Shown here: in pieces, positions 11,550-21,530 of the stretch | How the letters are laid out: every line of letters starts with the position of its first letter | Position numbering within the stretch: the first letter of the stretch is position 1 | Source of the DNA: Candidatus Babeliales bacterium | GTDB lineage: Bacteria; Babelota; Babeliae; Babelales; JACPOV01 | NCBI GenBank assembly: GCA_050250855.1 | Contig: JBFWNW010000001.1 | Span: 224,001-288,000, forward strand | Length of the DNA: 64,000 nt | Reading direction: 5' to 3' | Notes under the pieces: generated by a model | Databases searched by the model: none | What the model was told of the DNA's origin: nothing | Seen by the model: only the letters and a program-made list of their open reading frames with translations | Translations under genes and position numbers: made by a program

Positions 11550-12862
11550 TGATCCTTTTGCGAAATTTCAAGAATATTTTTGCAATTTCTGAATTGCGAA
11601 AGAAAGTGTTTTTTACTCTTGGTTCGCTTATCATTTATAGATTGGGAACGTATATACCGGTTATAGGAGTTAATGTTCCTATGCTGGGTGAACATATGAA
11701 GCGAGCTACGGGTGTAGGTGGCTTATTGGGTTATCTTGATATTTTTTCTGGTGGAGCATTGAGTAAATCAACCCTTTTTGCTCTTGGTATTATGCCGTAT
11801 ATTACGGCTTCTATCATGATGCAAATTTTGAGTATGACTTTGCCTTCTTTAGAGCAATTGCTCAAGGAAGGGGAATACGGTAAAAAGATTATCAATCAAT
11901 ATACACGCTACTTGGCTTTAGGGTTAAGTGTTATGTATAGCTACTGGTATTCTGTATATATAGAGAATGCTAATTTAGCATTAACTCCAGGATGGAGTTT
12001 TCGCTTTATTTTTGTTCTTTCTATGACCGTAGGTTGCTTGCTTGTCATGTGGCTTGCTGATCAAATTTCTTTGTTTGGCGTAGGCAATGGTAGTTCTATG
12101 ATTATCTTTGCTGGTATTGTTTCCAGAATTCCTGGTTATATTATTCAGACAAGGGAACTTGTTCAATTAGGAACGCTACAGCTTTGGCAAGCACTCTTTA
12201 TACTTTTCATATTTATTATTATTACAGGGTTTATTGTTTTCCTGGAAAAGGGAGAACGAAAAATTCCTGTACAATATGCAAGAAGAGTTATAGGAAACAG
12301 GGTCTATGGAGGGCAAAGTACCTATATTCCTTTTAAAATTAACACAGCGGGAATTATGCCGGTTATTTTTGCTTCTCAATTTTTGCAATTTCCTGCAACA
12401 ATTTCTGTTTTGCTATCACAGCGAGCAGAGATCTTTCGATGGATTTCTGAATTGCTGAAGCCTACAGGACTATTTTTTAATTGTTTGGAATTTGGTTTAA
12501 TTGTATTTTTTTCTTATTTTTATACTATGCTGGTGTTTAATCCAGAAGAACTTGCAGATAATATTAAGAAAAGCGGTGGCTTTATACCTGGTATTAGACC
12601 GGGTAAAAAAACGGCTGAATTTTTCTATTATATTTTGATCCGCATAGGTCTTGTAGGTGCCATTTATCTAGCAGGGTTGGCGTTAATGCCGAATATTCTG
12701 TATGCATTATTCCGTATGCCTCCTTTTATAGGCGGAACTTCATTGCTTATTGTTACAGGGGTAGCCTTAGAGCTTTCTGCGCAAGTTGAATCGTATTTAA
12801 TTGAGCATCGCTATGAAGGGTTTTTAACATCTGGCAGGATGAAGGGAAGGATTGCTCGGTGA
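11549..12862 (+). CDS. secY: Preprotein translocase subunit SecY
   Basis: LGIMPYITASI, GNGSS, GGFIPGIRPG, GGTSLLI; multiple TM segments. Confidence 0.99.
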   Translation: MILLRNFKNIFAISELRKKVFFTLGSLIIYRLGTYIPVIGVNVPMLGEHMKRATGVGGLLGYLDIFSGGALSKSTLFALGIMPYITASIMMQILSMTLPSLEQLLKEGEYGKKIINQYTRYLALGLSVMYSYWYSVYIENANLALTPGWSFRFIFVLSMTVGCLLVMWLADQISLFGVGNGSSMIIFAGIVSRIPGYIIQTRELVQLGTLQLWQALFILFIFIIITGFIVFLEKGERKIPVQYARRVIGNRVYGGQSTYIPFKINTAGIMPVIFASQFLQFPATISVLLSQRAEIFRWISELLKPTGLFFNCLEFGLIVFFSYFYTMLVFNPEELADNIKKSGGFIPGIRPGKKTAEFFYYILIRIGLVGAIYLAGLALMPNILYALFRMPPFIGGTSLLIVTGVALELSAQVESYLIEHRYEGFLTSGRMKGRIAR

Positions 12863-13548
12863 GTACAGCATCAGGTAAGAAACAACTTGTAGTTTTTATA
12901 GGCCCTCCGGGTTCAGGTAAAGGGTCGCTCTCTCAGCTTTGTGTCCAAAATTTTGGATGGAAGCAGCTCTCTACAGGGTATCTCTGTAGAAAGCATATTA
13001 ATGAGCAAACAGAAATAGGCCAGCAGATAGATTTTTCTATTAAATCTGGTAAGCTGGTTTCTGATAGCCTCATCGTGCGTATGGTTGAGGAGTGGCTCAT
13101 AGAGCCTTCTTTAGAGGTGCCTCATATTATTCTTGATGGCTTTCCTCGTAACGTGTCTCAGGCTGAGGCGCTTCATGCCATGATTGTTGAGAAACTTTCT
13201 GATTTTCAATTGACAGTTTTTAAATTTTTTGTGTCAGATGAGGTTGTTGCAAGAAGGCTTTTGACTCGATTTATTTGTGAAAATAAAGATTGTCAGGCTG
13301 TATATTCAGATCAAGCTGGAGGAGTAAATCCGAAGGTTTCTGGCGTTTGCGATTATTGTTCTTCATGTCTTGTTAAGCGCAATGATGATGAGGAGCAAAC
13401 AATTATTAATCGTCTAAAAACGTATAGAATGCATGAGCATGAGCTGATAAGTTTTTATAAAACAAGAGGGTTGCCAGTTAATGAAATAGACGCGGAAAGA
13501 TCTCTAGAAGGCGTCTTTAAGATTTTTAAAAATATGGTATTTGGATAG
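12859..13548 (+). CDS. adk: Adenylate kinase
   Basis: GPPGSGKG P-loop, LDGFPR, Cys-containing LID. Confidence 0.96.
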   Translation: MSTASGKKQLVVFIGPPGSGKGSLSQLCVQNFGWKQLSTGYLCRKHINEQTEIGQQIDFSIKSGKLVSDSLIVRMVEEWLIEPSLEVPHIILDGFPRNVSQAEALHAMIVEKLSDFQLTVFKFFVSDEVVARRLLTRFICENKDCQAVYSDQAGGVNPKVSGVCDYCSSCLVKRNDDEEQTIINRLKTYRMHEHELISFYKTRGLPVNEIDAERSLEGVFKIFKNMVFG

Positions 13549-13554
13549 AGCAAT

Positions 13555-14322
13555 ATGATCATTATAAAAAATAAATTATCAATTCAAAAAATGCATCAAG
13601 CAGGTCAAAAACTTGCTGATTTATTTGATGCAATTGGTAAGCATATTGTTCCAGGAACAACAACATTACAGCTTGATTCTTGGATAGAAGCAGAATTAAA
13701 AAAACAAGGTCTTGTTTCTCAATCTAAGGGTTACAAAGGATACAGGCATGCAAGTTGCATTTCTGTGAACGATGAGGTTGTACATGGAGTTCCTGGTAAT
13801 ACCACTATTAAACAAGGTGATCTTGTAAAAGTTGATATTTGTGCTTCATGGAAGGGATATTGTGCTGACGCTGCCCGTTGCTATGTAGTTGGTGATGTCA
13901 GTGGTGATATTAAAAAGTTGATTGAAGCTGCTCAGAAGGCTTTGGATAAAGGTATTGAAAAAGCTGTGCCAGGCAATAGACTTTCAGATATTTCTGCGAG
14001 CATTCAACAGGAAGTAGAAAAGCATGGTTTTGGCGTAGTAAGAGATTTTGCAGGGCACGGTATAGGAAAAGTTATGCATGAAGAGCCTGAAATTTTAAAT
14101 TATGGCCAACCTGGCAAAGGTCCTGTTTTGCGTGCTGGTATGACTTTAGCTATAGAACCCATGATTACTATGGGGCATTATGCTGTATATGTAACACAAG
14201 ATGGATGGACAGTGAAAACAAAGGATAAAAGCTTGGCAGCACACGTAGAAGATACAATTGTTATTACAGAGAAAGGTCCCCAGGTTTTGACTAGAAAAAG
14301 TAATCAAGTGGGGGTAGAGTAG
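13555..14322 (+). CDS. map: Methionine aminopeptidase type I
   Basis: [16 protein letters not shown]...HEEP, AIEPM, AHVEDT. Confidence 0.98.
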   Translation: MIIIKNKLSIQKMHQAGQKLADLFDAIGKHIVPGTTTLQLDSWIEAELKKQGLVSQSKGYKGYRHASCISVNDEVVHGVPGNTTIKQGDLVKVDICASWKGYCADAARCYVVGDVSGDIKKLIEAAQKALDKGIEKAVPGNRLSDISASIQQEVEKHGFGVVRDFAGHGIGKVMHEEPEILNYGQPGKGPVLRAGMTLAIEPMITMGHYAVYVTQDGWTVKTKDKSLAAHVEDTIVITEKGPQVLTRKSNQVGVE

Positions 14323-14323
14323 T

Positions 14324-14551
14324 ATGACACAAAAAAAAGAAGAAGTTATACGCATAGATGGTATTGTTAAAGAAACGTTACCGAACGCTATGTTTCGCGT
14401 AGAAATAGAGGGCGGGCATATAGTTTTGGGACATGTTTCGGGCAAAATGCGTATGCACTATATTAAAATTTTGCCTGGAGATAAGGTTGCACTTGAGCTT
14501 TCACCTTATGATTTAAAGCGTGGAAGAATTGTGCATCGCTATAAAAGTTAA
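14324..14551 (+). CDS. infA: Translation initiation factor IF-1
   Basis: [20 protein letters not shown]. Confidence 0.99.
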   Translation: MTQKKEEVIRIDGIVKETLPNAMFRVEIEGGHIVLGHVSGKMRMHYIKILPGDKVALELSPYDLKRGRIVHRYKS

Positions 14552-14569
14552 GCATAATTGAGGGATATC

Positions 14570-14686
14570 ATGAAAGTTCGTACATCGGTAAAAAAAATTT
14601 GTAAAGATTGTCGTGTTGTGCGCCGCAAAAACATTGTAAGAATTATTTGCGACAAAAACCCACGACATAAGCAACGCCAAGGCTAA
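14570..14686 (+). CDS. rpmJ: 50S ribosomal protein L36 (not in ORF track)
   Basis: Manual translation [45 protein letters not shown]. Confidence 0.98.
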   Translation: MKVRTSVKKICKDCRVVRRKNIVRIICDKNPRHKQRQG

Positions 14687-14702
14687 TTAGAGGATATAAA
14701 AA

Positions 14703-15092
14703 ATGGCACGTATAGAAGGTGTTAATTTACCAATCAATAAACGTATAGAGTATGGCCTAACTTATATTTTTGGTATAGGTCTAAAAAATTCACGCGATAT
14801 TTTAAATAAAGTAAAAATTGATTTGAATAAGCGTGTGAGAGATCTTTCAAATCAGGAAGTTACTTCCATTCAGAAAGAAATTACTCAAAATTATAAAGTT
14901 GAAGGTGAGCTTCGTAAAGAAGTTACCGGCAACATTAGACGTTTGCAGGAAATTGGTTCTTATAGAGGATTGCGCCATAAAAAAGGGCTTCCTTCTAGAG
15001 GACAAAGAACTAAAACGAATGCTCGTACTCGTAAGGGTCCTCGTAAAGCTGGTGGAGCTATTGCTCTTAAGAAAAAAGCTACACTAAAATAA
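14703..15092 (+). CDS. rpsM: 30S ribosomal protein S13
   Basis: [29 protein letters not shown]. Confidence 0.99.
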   Translation: MARIEGVNLPINKRIEYGLTYIFGIGLKNSRDILNKVKIDLNKRVRDLSNQEVTSIQKEITQNYKVEGELRKEVTGNIRRLQEIGSYRGLRHKKGLPSRGQRTKTNARTRKGPRKAGGAIALKKKATLK

Positions 15093-15137
15093 GTGCAATA
15101 AGCAGTTATTGTTTATGAATAAGGGTTAAAGGAAACA

Positions 15138-15521
15138 ATGTCTTACAAGAAGAAAACAAAAAAAGTTAAACGACATATAAATTCTGCTGTTGCGCATGTG
15201 AAATCTTCGTTTAACAATACATTAGTAACAATTACTACTACCGGTGGTGATGTTTTATTAAGTGGCAGCGCAGGAAGATTAGGATTTAAAGGATCTCGTA
15301 AGGGAACTCCTTTCGCTGCAACACAGGTAGGTTCTACATTAGCTAAAGATATGCAGCTGATGGGAATAAAGGATGTAGAAGTGAATTTACAAGGCCCTGG
15401 CTCTGCACGTGATTCTGTTGTAAGAGCTTTGCAGGCTTCAGGATTCAATATTACTGTATTGCGTGATGTTACTCCTCTGCCGCATAATGGTTGTCGTCCA
15501 GCCAAAAAGCGTAGAGTTTAA
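15138..15521 (+). CDS. rpsK: 30S ribosomal protein S11
   Basis: SFNNT, GFKGSRKGTPFAA, DVTPLPHNGCRP. Confidence 0.99.
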   Translation: MSYKKKTKKVKRHINSAVAHVKSSFNNTLVTITTTGGDVLLSGSAGRLGFKGSRKGTPFAATQVGSTLAKDMQLMGIKDVEVNLQGPGSARDSVVRALQASGFNITVLRDVTPLPHNGCRPAKKRRV

Positions 15522-15560
15522 ATTTTATAAAAATTAATATCGGTTTTTGATAAGGGTATT

Positions 15561-16109
15561 ATGAACAACGTTGAAAAAGTTAAAAAAGAAGAGCGTGGCG
15601 CTGCCAAGCGAGGAAAAAAGCTTTCTGAATATGGAAGGCAACTTGCAGAAAAGCAGAAAGTTAAAGAAATGTATGGCATGAGAGAGCGTCAATTTAAGCG
15701 CTTTTTTAAAATAGCTGAACAAAGCGAAGAAGCGACAGGAAGCATGCTTTTAAGCTTGCTTGAGCGTCGTCTTGATAATGTTGTATATCGCTTGAAATTA
15801 GCAACTACGCGTACACAATCTCGTCAAATTATTGTCCATGGACATATTTTGGTTAATGGCAAAAAAGTTTATTCTCCTTCCTATTTGGTTTCTATTAATG
15901 ATGTTATTTCGTTAATGCCTAATGTGTTGGAAAAAACAGTTTTCCTTGAGCAAGTTATTGATAAGCGTATGAAAGTTGGCATTAAAGTACCAGAATGGCT
16001 CGAACTTGATAAAAAAGATCGTAAAGGAAAGATTTTGCGTTTTCCTGTCCGTACCGATATCCAAGTTCCTATCGAAGACCACTTGATTGTTGAGCTTTAT
16101 TCTAAGTAA
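15561..16109 (+). CDS. rpsD: 30S ribosomal protein S4 (short N-terminus)
   Basis: [30 protein letters not shown]. Confidence 0.97.
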   Translation: MNNVEKVKKEERGAAKRGKKLSEYGRQLAEKQKVKEMYGMRERQFKRFFKIAEQSEEATGSMLLSLLERRLDNVVYRLKLATTRTQSRQIIVHGHILVNGKKVYSPSYLVSINDVISLMPNVLEKTVFLEQVIDKRMKVGIKVPEWLELDKKDRKGKILRFPVRTDIQVPIEDHLIVELYSK

Positions 16110-16168
16110 AAGTAATTTTTTATTGTTTTTTAATTTTTTAAGCATTGAGTATACGGGTAGGGAGGACC

Positions 16169-17215
16169 ATGGACAAGAAGGAGTATAAACCTTTAACTAT
16201 TCCGCGTTTAACGTGGAATAAAAAACAGCTAACAGAGCGCTATGGTGAGTTAGTAGCTCAACCATTGGAGCCTGGTTTTGGCATTACCCTAGGAAATGCG
16301 ATTCGTCGTATTTTATTGGGTGGTGTAGAAGGATCTGCTGTTACATCGGTTGTTATTAAAGGTGTTAATAACGAATTTACGGCGCTACAGGGCGTTAAAG
16401 AAGATACTATGCATGTGCTTCTTAATATTAAGCAACTTGTTATTCGTAATAAGGATGGCTTACCTGGAACCATGCATCTAAAAGTAAAAGGTGAAGCAAC
16501 CGTAACGGGTGCTGACATACAAGCTGATGATCATTTGGAAATTGTAAATCCAGATCACGTTATTGCACATGTTGCAGCTGGCGGTGAGCTTGATATTACT
16601 TTTTTTGTAGAAGCTGGTCGAGGATACAGAGCATCTCAATGGCCTGAGGGTAAACCATTACAGGAAGACCAAAGAATTTATCTTGATGCAATGTTTTCTC
16701 CTGTTCGTCAAGTTTCTTTTGATGTGGAAAAAACACGTGTTGGTAAAGAAATTGATTATGATAAATTGACGATTAAGGTGCATACGGATGGTGCTGAAAC
16801 GCCTCTTGATGTTATGCATTATGCAGTCTCAGTTTTAAGAACCCAACTTGAGCATTTCTTGGCAAGCACAGAAATCCCTTTTAATGAAATTTCTGCAATG
16901 CCAGAAGAAATAAAAGAAGAAAAACCTGTTCAAGCAATTGATCTAGGGCTTAAAGATGTTTCTCCTGAATTCTTATTGAAACCTATCGATGAGTTAGAGC
17001 TTTCTGTACGTGCACATAATTGTTTAATTAGTGCTGATAAAAAACGTATTATTGATCTAGTAAATCTTACAGAAGATGAAGGTCTTAGAATCAAAAACTT
17101 TGGTAGAAAGTCATTGAATGAGGTTAAAGAAAGCTTAAAAGCGTTTGGGCTTTCTCTCGGTATGAATATAGCTGAAGAAGATGTAAAAAGGCTTGTCAAA
17201 ACGATAGAAGAATAA
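16169..17215 (+). CDS. rpoA: RNA polymerase alpha subunit
   Basis: ATG 16169 after GGAGG; PLEPGFGITLGNAIRR, LELSVRAHNCL, NFGRKSLNE. Confidence 0.99.
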   Translation: MDKKEYKPLTIPRLTWNKKQLTERYGELVAQPLEPGFGITLGNAIRRILLGGVEGSAVTSVVIKGVNNEFTALQGVKEDTMHVLLNIKQLVIRNKDGLPGTMHLKVKGEATVTGADIQADDHLEIVNPDHVIAHVAAGGELDITFFVEAGRGYRASQWPEGKPLQEDQRIYLDAMFSPVRQVSFDVEKTRVGKEIDYDKLTIKVHTDGAETPLDVMHYAVSVLRTQLEHFLASTEIPFNEISAMPEEIKEEKPVQAIDLGLKDVSPEFLLKPIDELELSVRAHNCLISADKKRIIDLVNLTEDEGLRIKNFGRKSLNEVKESLKAFGLSLGMNIAEEDVKRLVKTIEE

Positions 17216-17238
17216 GCATATTGCTTTAAGGTAAAATT

Positions 17239-17595
17239 ATGAATCATCAAATTGGTAGAAAAAAATTAAACATAAAACCTTCACACAGAAGATCTTTGTT
17301 ACGTAATCAAGTAATGCTTTTGATTGAGAATGGCCATTTGGTAACAACAAAAGTACGTGTTAAGGAAGTACAAAAATTAGCTGAGCGTTTGGTTACTATT
17401 GCTCGCGAGGGGAATGTTTTTAATGCTCGTCGCAGAGCAAAAATGTTGCTCCCTTATAAAGATGAAGCTCTTACAAAATTGTTTGTAGATATAGCACCTC
17501 GCTATACTGATCGTCAAGGCGGTTATACGCGTGTTATTCCTATGGGCCGTCGCGTGAGTGATACAGCAACTATAGCTCGTCTTGAATGGGTTTAA
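17239..17595 (+). CDS. rplQ: 50S ribosomal protein L17
   Basis: SHRRSLLRN, RQGGYTRV. Confidence 0.98.
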   Translation: MNHQIGRKKLNIKPSHRRSLLRNQVMLLIENGHLVTTKVRVKEVQKLAERLVTIAREGNVFNARRRAKMLLPYKDEALTKLFVDIAPRYTDRQGGYTRVIPMGRRVSDTATIARLEWV

Positions 17596-17621
17596 AACCT
17601 ATAAAAGCTTGTAATAATTTT

Positions 17622-17655
17622 ATGGAGCACTAAAAACAGTGCTCCATTTTTTTTT
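17622..17655 (+). terminator. Rho-independent terminator ending the ribosomal operon
   Basis: ATGGAGCACT-aaaaac-AGTGCTCCAT followed by T run. Confidence 0.9.
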
Positions 17656-17675
17656 ATTTTAATATGGAGGATTTT

Positions 17676-17969
17676 ATGAAATCATTACAATATTTAGTAA
17701 TCATGGTAGGTTTTATTTTTCTGCAATCTTTTTGTATGGAGCCAGAAAGCGTTGCAATGCAAGAAAGAGAATCTAGGCATAACCCAGATGATTTAGAAAA
17801 GTACTTTAATTCTTTTAATTTAGCCAGAAAAGCTCAATCAACATTATGTTCAAAAATAGGTTGTTTTCCAACAGCACGTCAGATTAGCAATGTTCCTTTG
17901 CTTGCCTGTTTTATGACTTCCAACTTAGAAAAACATGTTCAAAAAATTATAAATCAGAAAAATAAATAG
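17676..17969 (+). CDS. Small exported hypothetical protein
   Basis: GGAGG RBS before ATG 17676; signal-peptide-like N-terminus ending SFC-ME. Confidence 0.7.
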   Translation: MKSLQYLVIMVGFIFLQSFCMEPESVAMQERESRHNPDDLEKYFNSFNLARKAQSTLCSKIGCFPTARQISNVPLLACFMTSNLEKHVQKIINQKNK

Positions 17970-17990
17970 ATTATTTATAGATAAAAGATG

Positions 17991-18027
17991 AAAGGCAGGA
18001 AAGAACTTCTTTCCTGCCTTTTGTTTT
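17991..18027. terminator. Probably bidirectional terminator between convergent genes
   Basis: AAAGGCAGGAAAG/CTTTCCTGCCTTT inverted repeat with T tail. Confidence 0.85.
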
Positions 18028-18031
18028 AAAA

Positions 18032-19789
18032 TTACGGTGTTATAACGGTTACAGCTTCAGGAGTAATGCGAATACGTTGACCATTACCTTTTGTTAATAC
18101 AAATCCTGTAAAGCCACTTTCATGATAAATACGTCCAAAATCTTGAAGATATTTAATAGCGATAGCTTCACCAAGATCATTTCCTTGTTGAGTTTCAGAG
18201 CGATAATGTACGCCAGCAAAATTTCTTGCTTGTCCAACATTGGCTGCAATTTTATCAAGCTCGCCACCAACTGTTAATAGATTTGCACCTTCACCAACGG
18301 TAAGAGCAATAAGTTGTGTTGGATCTGCAGGATCTGGTTTCATTGGGGTAACAAAGCTTGAAATAAGAGCTTGATCATCAAAGAATGCTTTTATAATTGT
18401 TTTGCAAGATCCGGCAACAGTAGAATGTCCTTGAGGATATGATGGATGTAAAGGAGATCCTTCAGGAAATAATAAAGCAAGAAGATATGTGTTAACTGAT
18501 TGTCCTGTGTAAAAGCCTGCTTGCAGTTGATTTGTTGCACGTACCCAGTCAAGCAAGTTCACTGTTCCAGCTGGTGTGGTATAGCTTGCAAAGAGTGATG
18601 CGTCAAGATTGTAAGGATTTGATGCTGAAGTTTGTGCATTATGAACAAGGCCTGCCATTGCTTCAGGACGTAGTCTGCGATTACCCAGCCATTTATGCGC
18701 CCATGCATTTTTGAATGCTTCTTCCATGGCGCCGCCAATAGCATTATAAATATCGCCTACGAGGAAGGTAACAAAACCTTCTTCGTTTGGTGCCGAGCCG
18801 TTTGAGTAAGGCAGTACGGGTGAAAGTGGTGCTCCGTAGAAAAGAAGAATATTAGTAATGAAGTTGCAAAAGTCTACCGGAGAATCCATATGTACCGTTG
18901 TTCCAGCATCTTTACCACAGATGATTAAACGTTGGCCGCTAAAATCACTTGGTTGGTACGGTTTTGGAACATTGCCATTTTGTATCTCTACAAAATCTTC
19001 AAAAGAAACCCCGAATTGTCGGTTCTGCGCAATAGGGATATATTGATTTTGCACGATGTCAGCTTGAAACACACGATGATTTGGTAGAAACCAAAATTGT
19101 GAGATATAAGGCCCTACCAAGTTTCCTGCATCATTGCCTCTAAAAAGCTCAGCGGCTGTTACGGTGCCATTATTAGAAGGTCCTTTGTAAGCACTACCAA
19201 GGGCGGTCAAAATTGCTGCAGCATTATTTGTTAATGAGCCACCATTGATAGTATCTACATCGGTGTTGGCACCAGTCCCATAATCTTCAAAATTTACGCT
19301 ACGGCAGATCATTTGCAAATAGACTTCAATCATATCCGCAGCTGCTTCTGCGCTTGAAAGATTAAATGCTAGAGGCATAGGAGTGATCATGGCCGGCGTA
19401 CCAACTAAGCTACGAGCAAAAGCTGATTGAGGATTTACAAACTTTCTTCCACCAGCACGTTGAATAGCATTGAAATCTTCTTGCAGGCCGCTATAAAGCG
19501 CTGTTAGCAAGCGTTGGTAATTCAGTTGACCATTTGCTGTTAATAATCCTGTAGCAGCATCATGCTCTAGGCCTTTGGTAAATGATCCTGCATAGGCAGC
19601 TAGATCGTCATCGCCGTTGTGTTCATTGTAAATGTCGTAATTTGGCTGTTGAAGACATTCTTTGTTTGCAGCAAATACGCGGCAATTATAATTATTAGTT
19701 TTTGGATTTTTTATAATAGAAAACATTGAGTCTTCTTGAGCATAGATACCTAATGCAACAAAAAAACTTATATAAAAAAGTTTTTTCAT
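18032..19789 (-). CDS. Secreted vanadium-dependent haloperoxidase family protein (bromoperoxidase-like)
   Basis: Signal peptide; motifs KW..NRRLRPEA, PEGSPLHPSYPQGHS, GELDK, RNFAGVHYRSE; N-terminal FTKGLEH and FVNPQ blocks recalled from algal/cyanobacterial VBPOs. Confidence 0.88.
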   Translation of the reverse strand: MKKLFYISFFVALGIYAQEDSMFSIIKNPKTNNYNCRVFAANKECLQQPNYDIYNEHNGDDDLAAYAGSFTKGLEHDAATGLLTANGQLNYQRLLTALYSGLQEDFNAIQRAGGRKFVNPQSAFARSLVGTPAMITPMPLAFNLSSAEAAADMIEVYLQMICRSVNFEDYGTGANTDVDTINGGSLTNNAAAILTALGSAYKGPSNNGTVTAAELFRGNDAGNLVGPYISQFWFLPNHRVFQADIVQNQYIPIAQNRQFGVSFEDFVEIQNGNVPKPYQPSDFSGQRLIICGKDAGTTVHMDSPVDFCNFITNILLFYGAPLSPVLPYSNGSAPNEEGFVTFLVGDIYNAIGGAMEEAFKNAWAHKWLGNRRLRPEAMAGLVHNAQTSASNPYNLDASLFASYTTPAGTVNLLDWVRATNQLQAGFYTGQSVNTYLLALLFPEGSPLHPSYPQGHSTVAGSCKTIIKAFFDDQALISSFVTPMKPDPADPTQLIALTVGEGANLLTVGGELDKIAANVGQARNFAGVHYRSETQQGNDLGEAIAIKYLQDFGRIYHESGFTGFVLTKGNGQRIRITPEAVTVITP

Positions 19790-19807
19790 AAAATTTCCTT
19801 CTTTTGG

Positions 19808-21442
19808 TTAGAAGCTAATTCCAAATTTACCCCACACAAGCCAACGATCAAGCCCTGTATTCATAGTATGTGAAAATTCATAAGAACCACCAAATCCTGC
19901 AAATACTGGATAGCAAAGGTTATCCCAATGGTAGCCGAATGCTGAATAAATGGTGTGGCTCATAACACATGGATGAGCTGCCGAAGATAGATCGATATCA
20001 TCTTCGGTTATTATGCCGCGTCCATAAGCATTGGTAATATCTTGTGGATTAAATGGTGTTGTTAGGATAAGGTTTGCGATACTTGCTTCATTAAGTAATA
20101 GATCTGCTGTTATGTTACGCACAGGATTCGTGATTCCCATGCCAGTGCTATCTTTTATTGCAGCCTCAGAACCAAAACGTTTTTTTAATGATACACATTC
20201 GGCTTGGCGAGCAAAGAAGTTATAACCCCATTCTGCTTCAAAGCCGTTGCAAGCTGGGCTTCCTTTTAGAACAATTGCCATATTATTAGTGAAATTAAAA
20301 CCTGGTTTTACCGAAGCATCTTGGGTAAGGGTATTAATGCCAGGAGATGAAAGGAATATTGATTGTAAAAGATTTGTGTTGGCAAGATTTAAAGCCTGTG
20401 TTGCTTGTGCCTGATTCTCATAGAGCTCAATATAGCGAGACCATGGTTTATATTTTAAATCAAAGGAACGTTTTTCTCTTGTTTTAAAGAGATATTGCAT
20501 AACAAGTGTATTTTCAAGACTTAGTTGTAAATCATTATTGCAATTTTGCCATAAGACATAACCACCATTGCCGCCCCAAAGTGTACCAAAATGACCACCA
20601 TTACCAGCAATTGCTTCAAATACATATTCACTTTTTACTTTATTGCCAGTAGGGAATGTTGCACCGATAAAAGGTTCAAAATAATAACATTCATTTGAGG
20701 CCCATTTCATGCCAACTTGAAGCTGAATAAAAGCAAGCTTTGTTGTTTTATGAATTTTGTTATCAATTTTGCCATAGTTCCAGTCGCTTTGAACCAAAGC
20801 TTCGGTCATATTTTTTAAATTTTGATTTAAGTTTGTTGTTTCTCCAGCGATTGGTTGTACTTCATAGAGTGCGGTGTTGGTAACAATTTCTTGTAATCCC
20901 ATAGTGTTGCGCACATGTAAAACTGGGGCTGAAATGCCATACCAGAACCAATGTTCACCAAGATAACGTTCTTGCTGCCAGCTAAAACCAAAACCAACAA
21001 CAGACTGCTGTGGATTTAGAGTAACTAAACTTTCAAATGCAGGTAATGGAAGCGTTGGAATGCTTAAGAAACTGCTAATAAATGGACTAAATTCTATACT
21101 AAAAATATTGAAGTTTTGCGGCAGAACATTTTTACTATTAATAGCTATAGTTCCATCAACAGGAATTTCATTTGAGCAATAAGGGGCAAAGAAGGTGCCT
21201 AAATGAGCTTTATTGGTTGATTTGCCACCAAACACAACTCCTTGAAATGCACCGTCAATGCCACATTCACGGGCAGTTCTTCTGTTGCGAGCCAGTGATT
21301 CATACTCAGGAGACCCGATTTGAAACTGTGGTCGCACGGTAAAGAAGGTTTGACTTGTTGCTTTACAACTACAATTATGGTCTGCAATAGTGGTTCCTAT
21401 AGCAGAAAGTAGTAAAAGGACGGAAGAAAGTTTTTTCTTCAT
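19808..21442 (-). CDS. Exported protein, probable outer-membrane beta-barrel
   Basis: Signal peptide, alternating aromatic/Gly beta-strand-like segments, C-terminal WLVWGKFGISF. Confidence 0.65.
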   Translation of the reverse strand: MKKKLSSVLLLLSAIGTTIADHNCSCKATSQTFFTVRPQFQIGSPEYESLARNRRTARECGIDGAFQGVVFGGKSTNKAHLGTFFAPYCSNEIPVDGTIAINSKNVLPQNFNIFSIEFSPFISSFLSIPTLPLPAFESLVTLNPQQSVVGFGFSWQQERYLGEHWFWYGISAPVLHVRNTMGLQEIVTNTALYEVQPIAGETTNLNQNLKNMTEALVQSDWNYGKIDNKIHKTTKLAFIQLQVGMKWASNECYYFEPFIGATFPTGNKVKSEYVFEAIAGNGGHFGTLWGGNGGYVLWQNCNNDLQLSLENTLVMQYLFKTREKRSFDLKYKPWSRYIELYENQAQATQALNLANTNLLQSIFLSSPGINTLTQDASVKPGFNFTNNMAIVLKGSPACNGFEAEWGYNFFARQAECVSLKKRFGSEAAIKDSTGMGITNPVRNITADLLLNEASIANLILTTPFNPQDITNAYGRGIITEDDIDLSSAAHPCVMSHTIYSAFGYHWDNLCYPVFAGFGGSYEFSHTMNTGLDRWLVWGKFGISF

Positions 21443-21530
21443 ACATCACTCTCCTTTAAAAGTGGATTTAAGATTCTCTCATTACTAACTTGTATCCCAC
21501 TTTTAAAAAAAAGCCAACCTTTTTTACGTT

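Noticed and set aside
2053..17250. Many antisense or alternate-frame ORFs within ribosomal genes and elsewhere
   Set aside because: Shadow ORFs of well-supported genes with no independent motifs.
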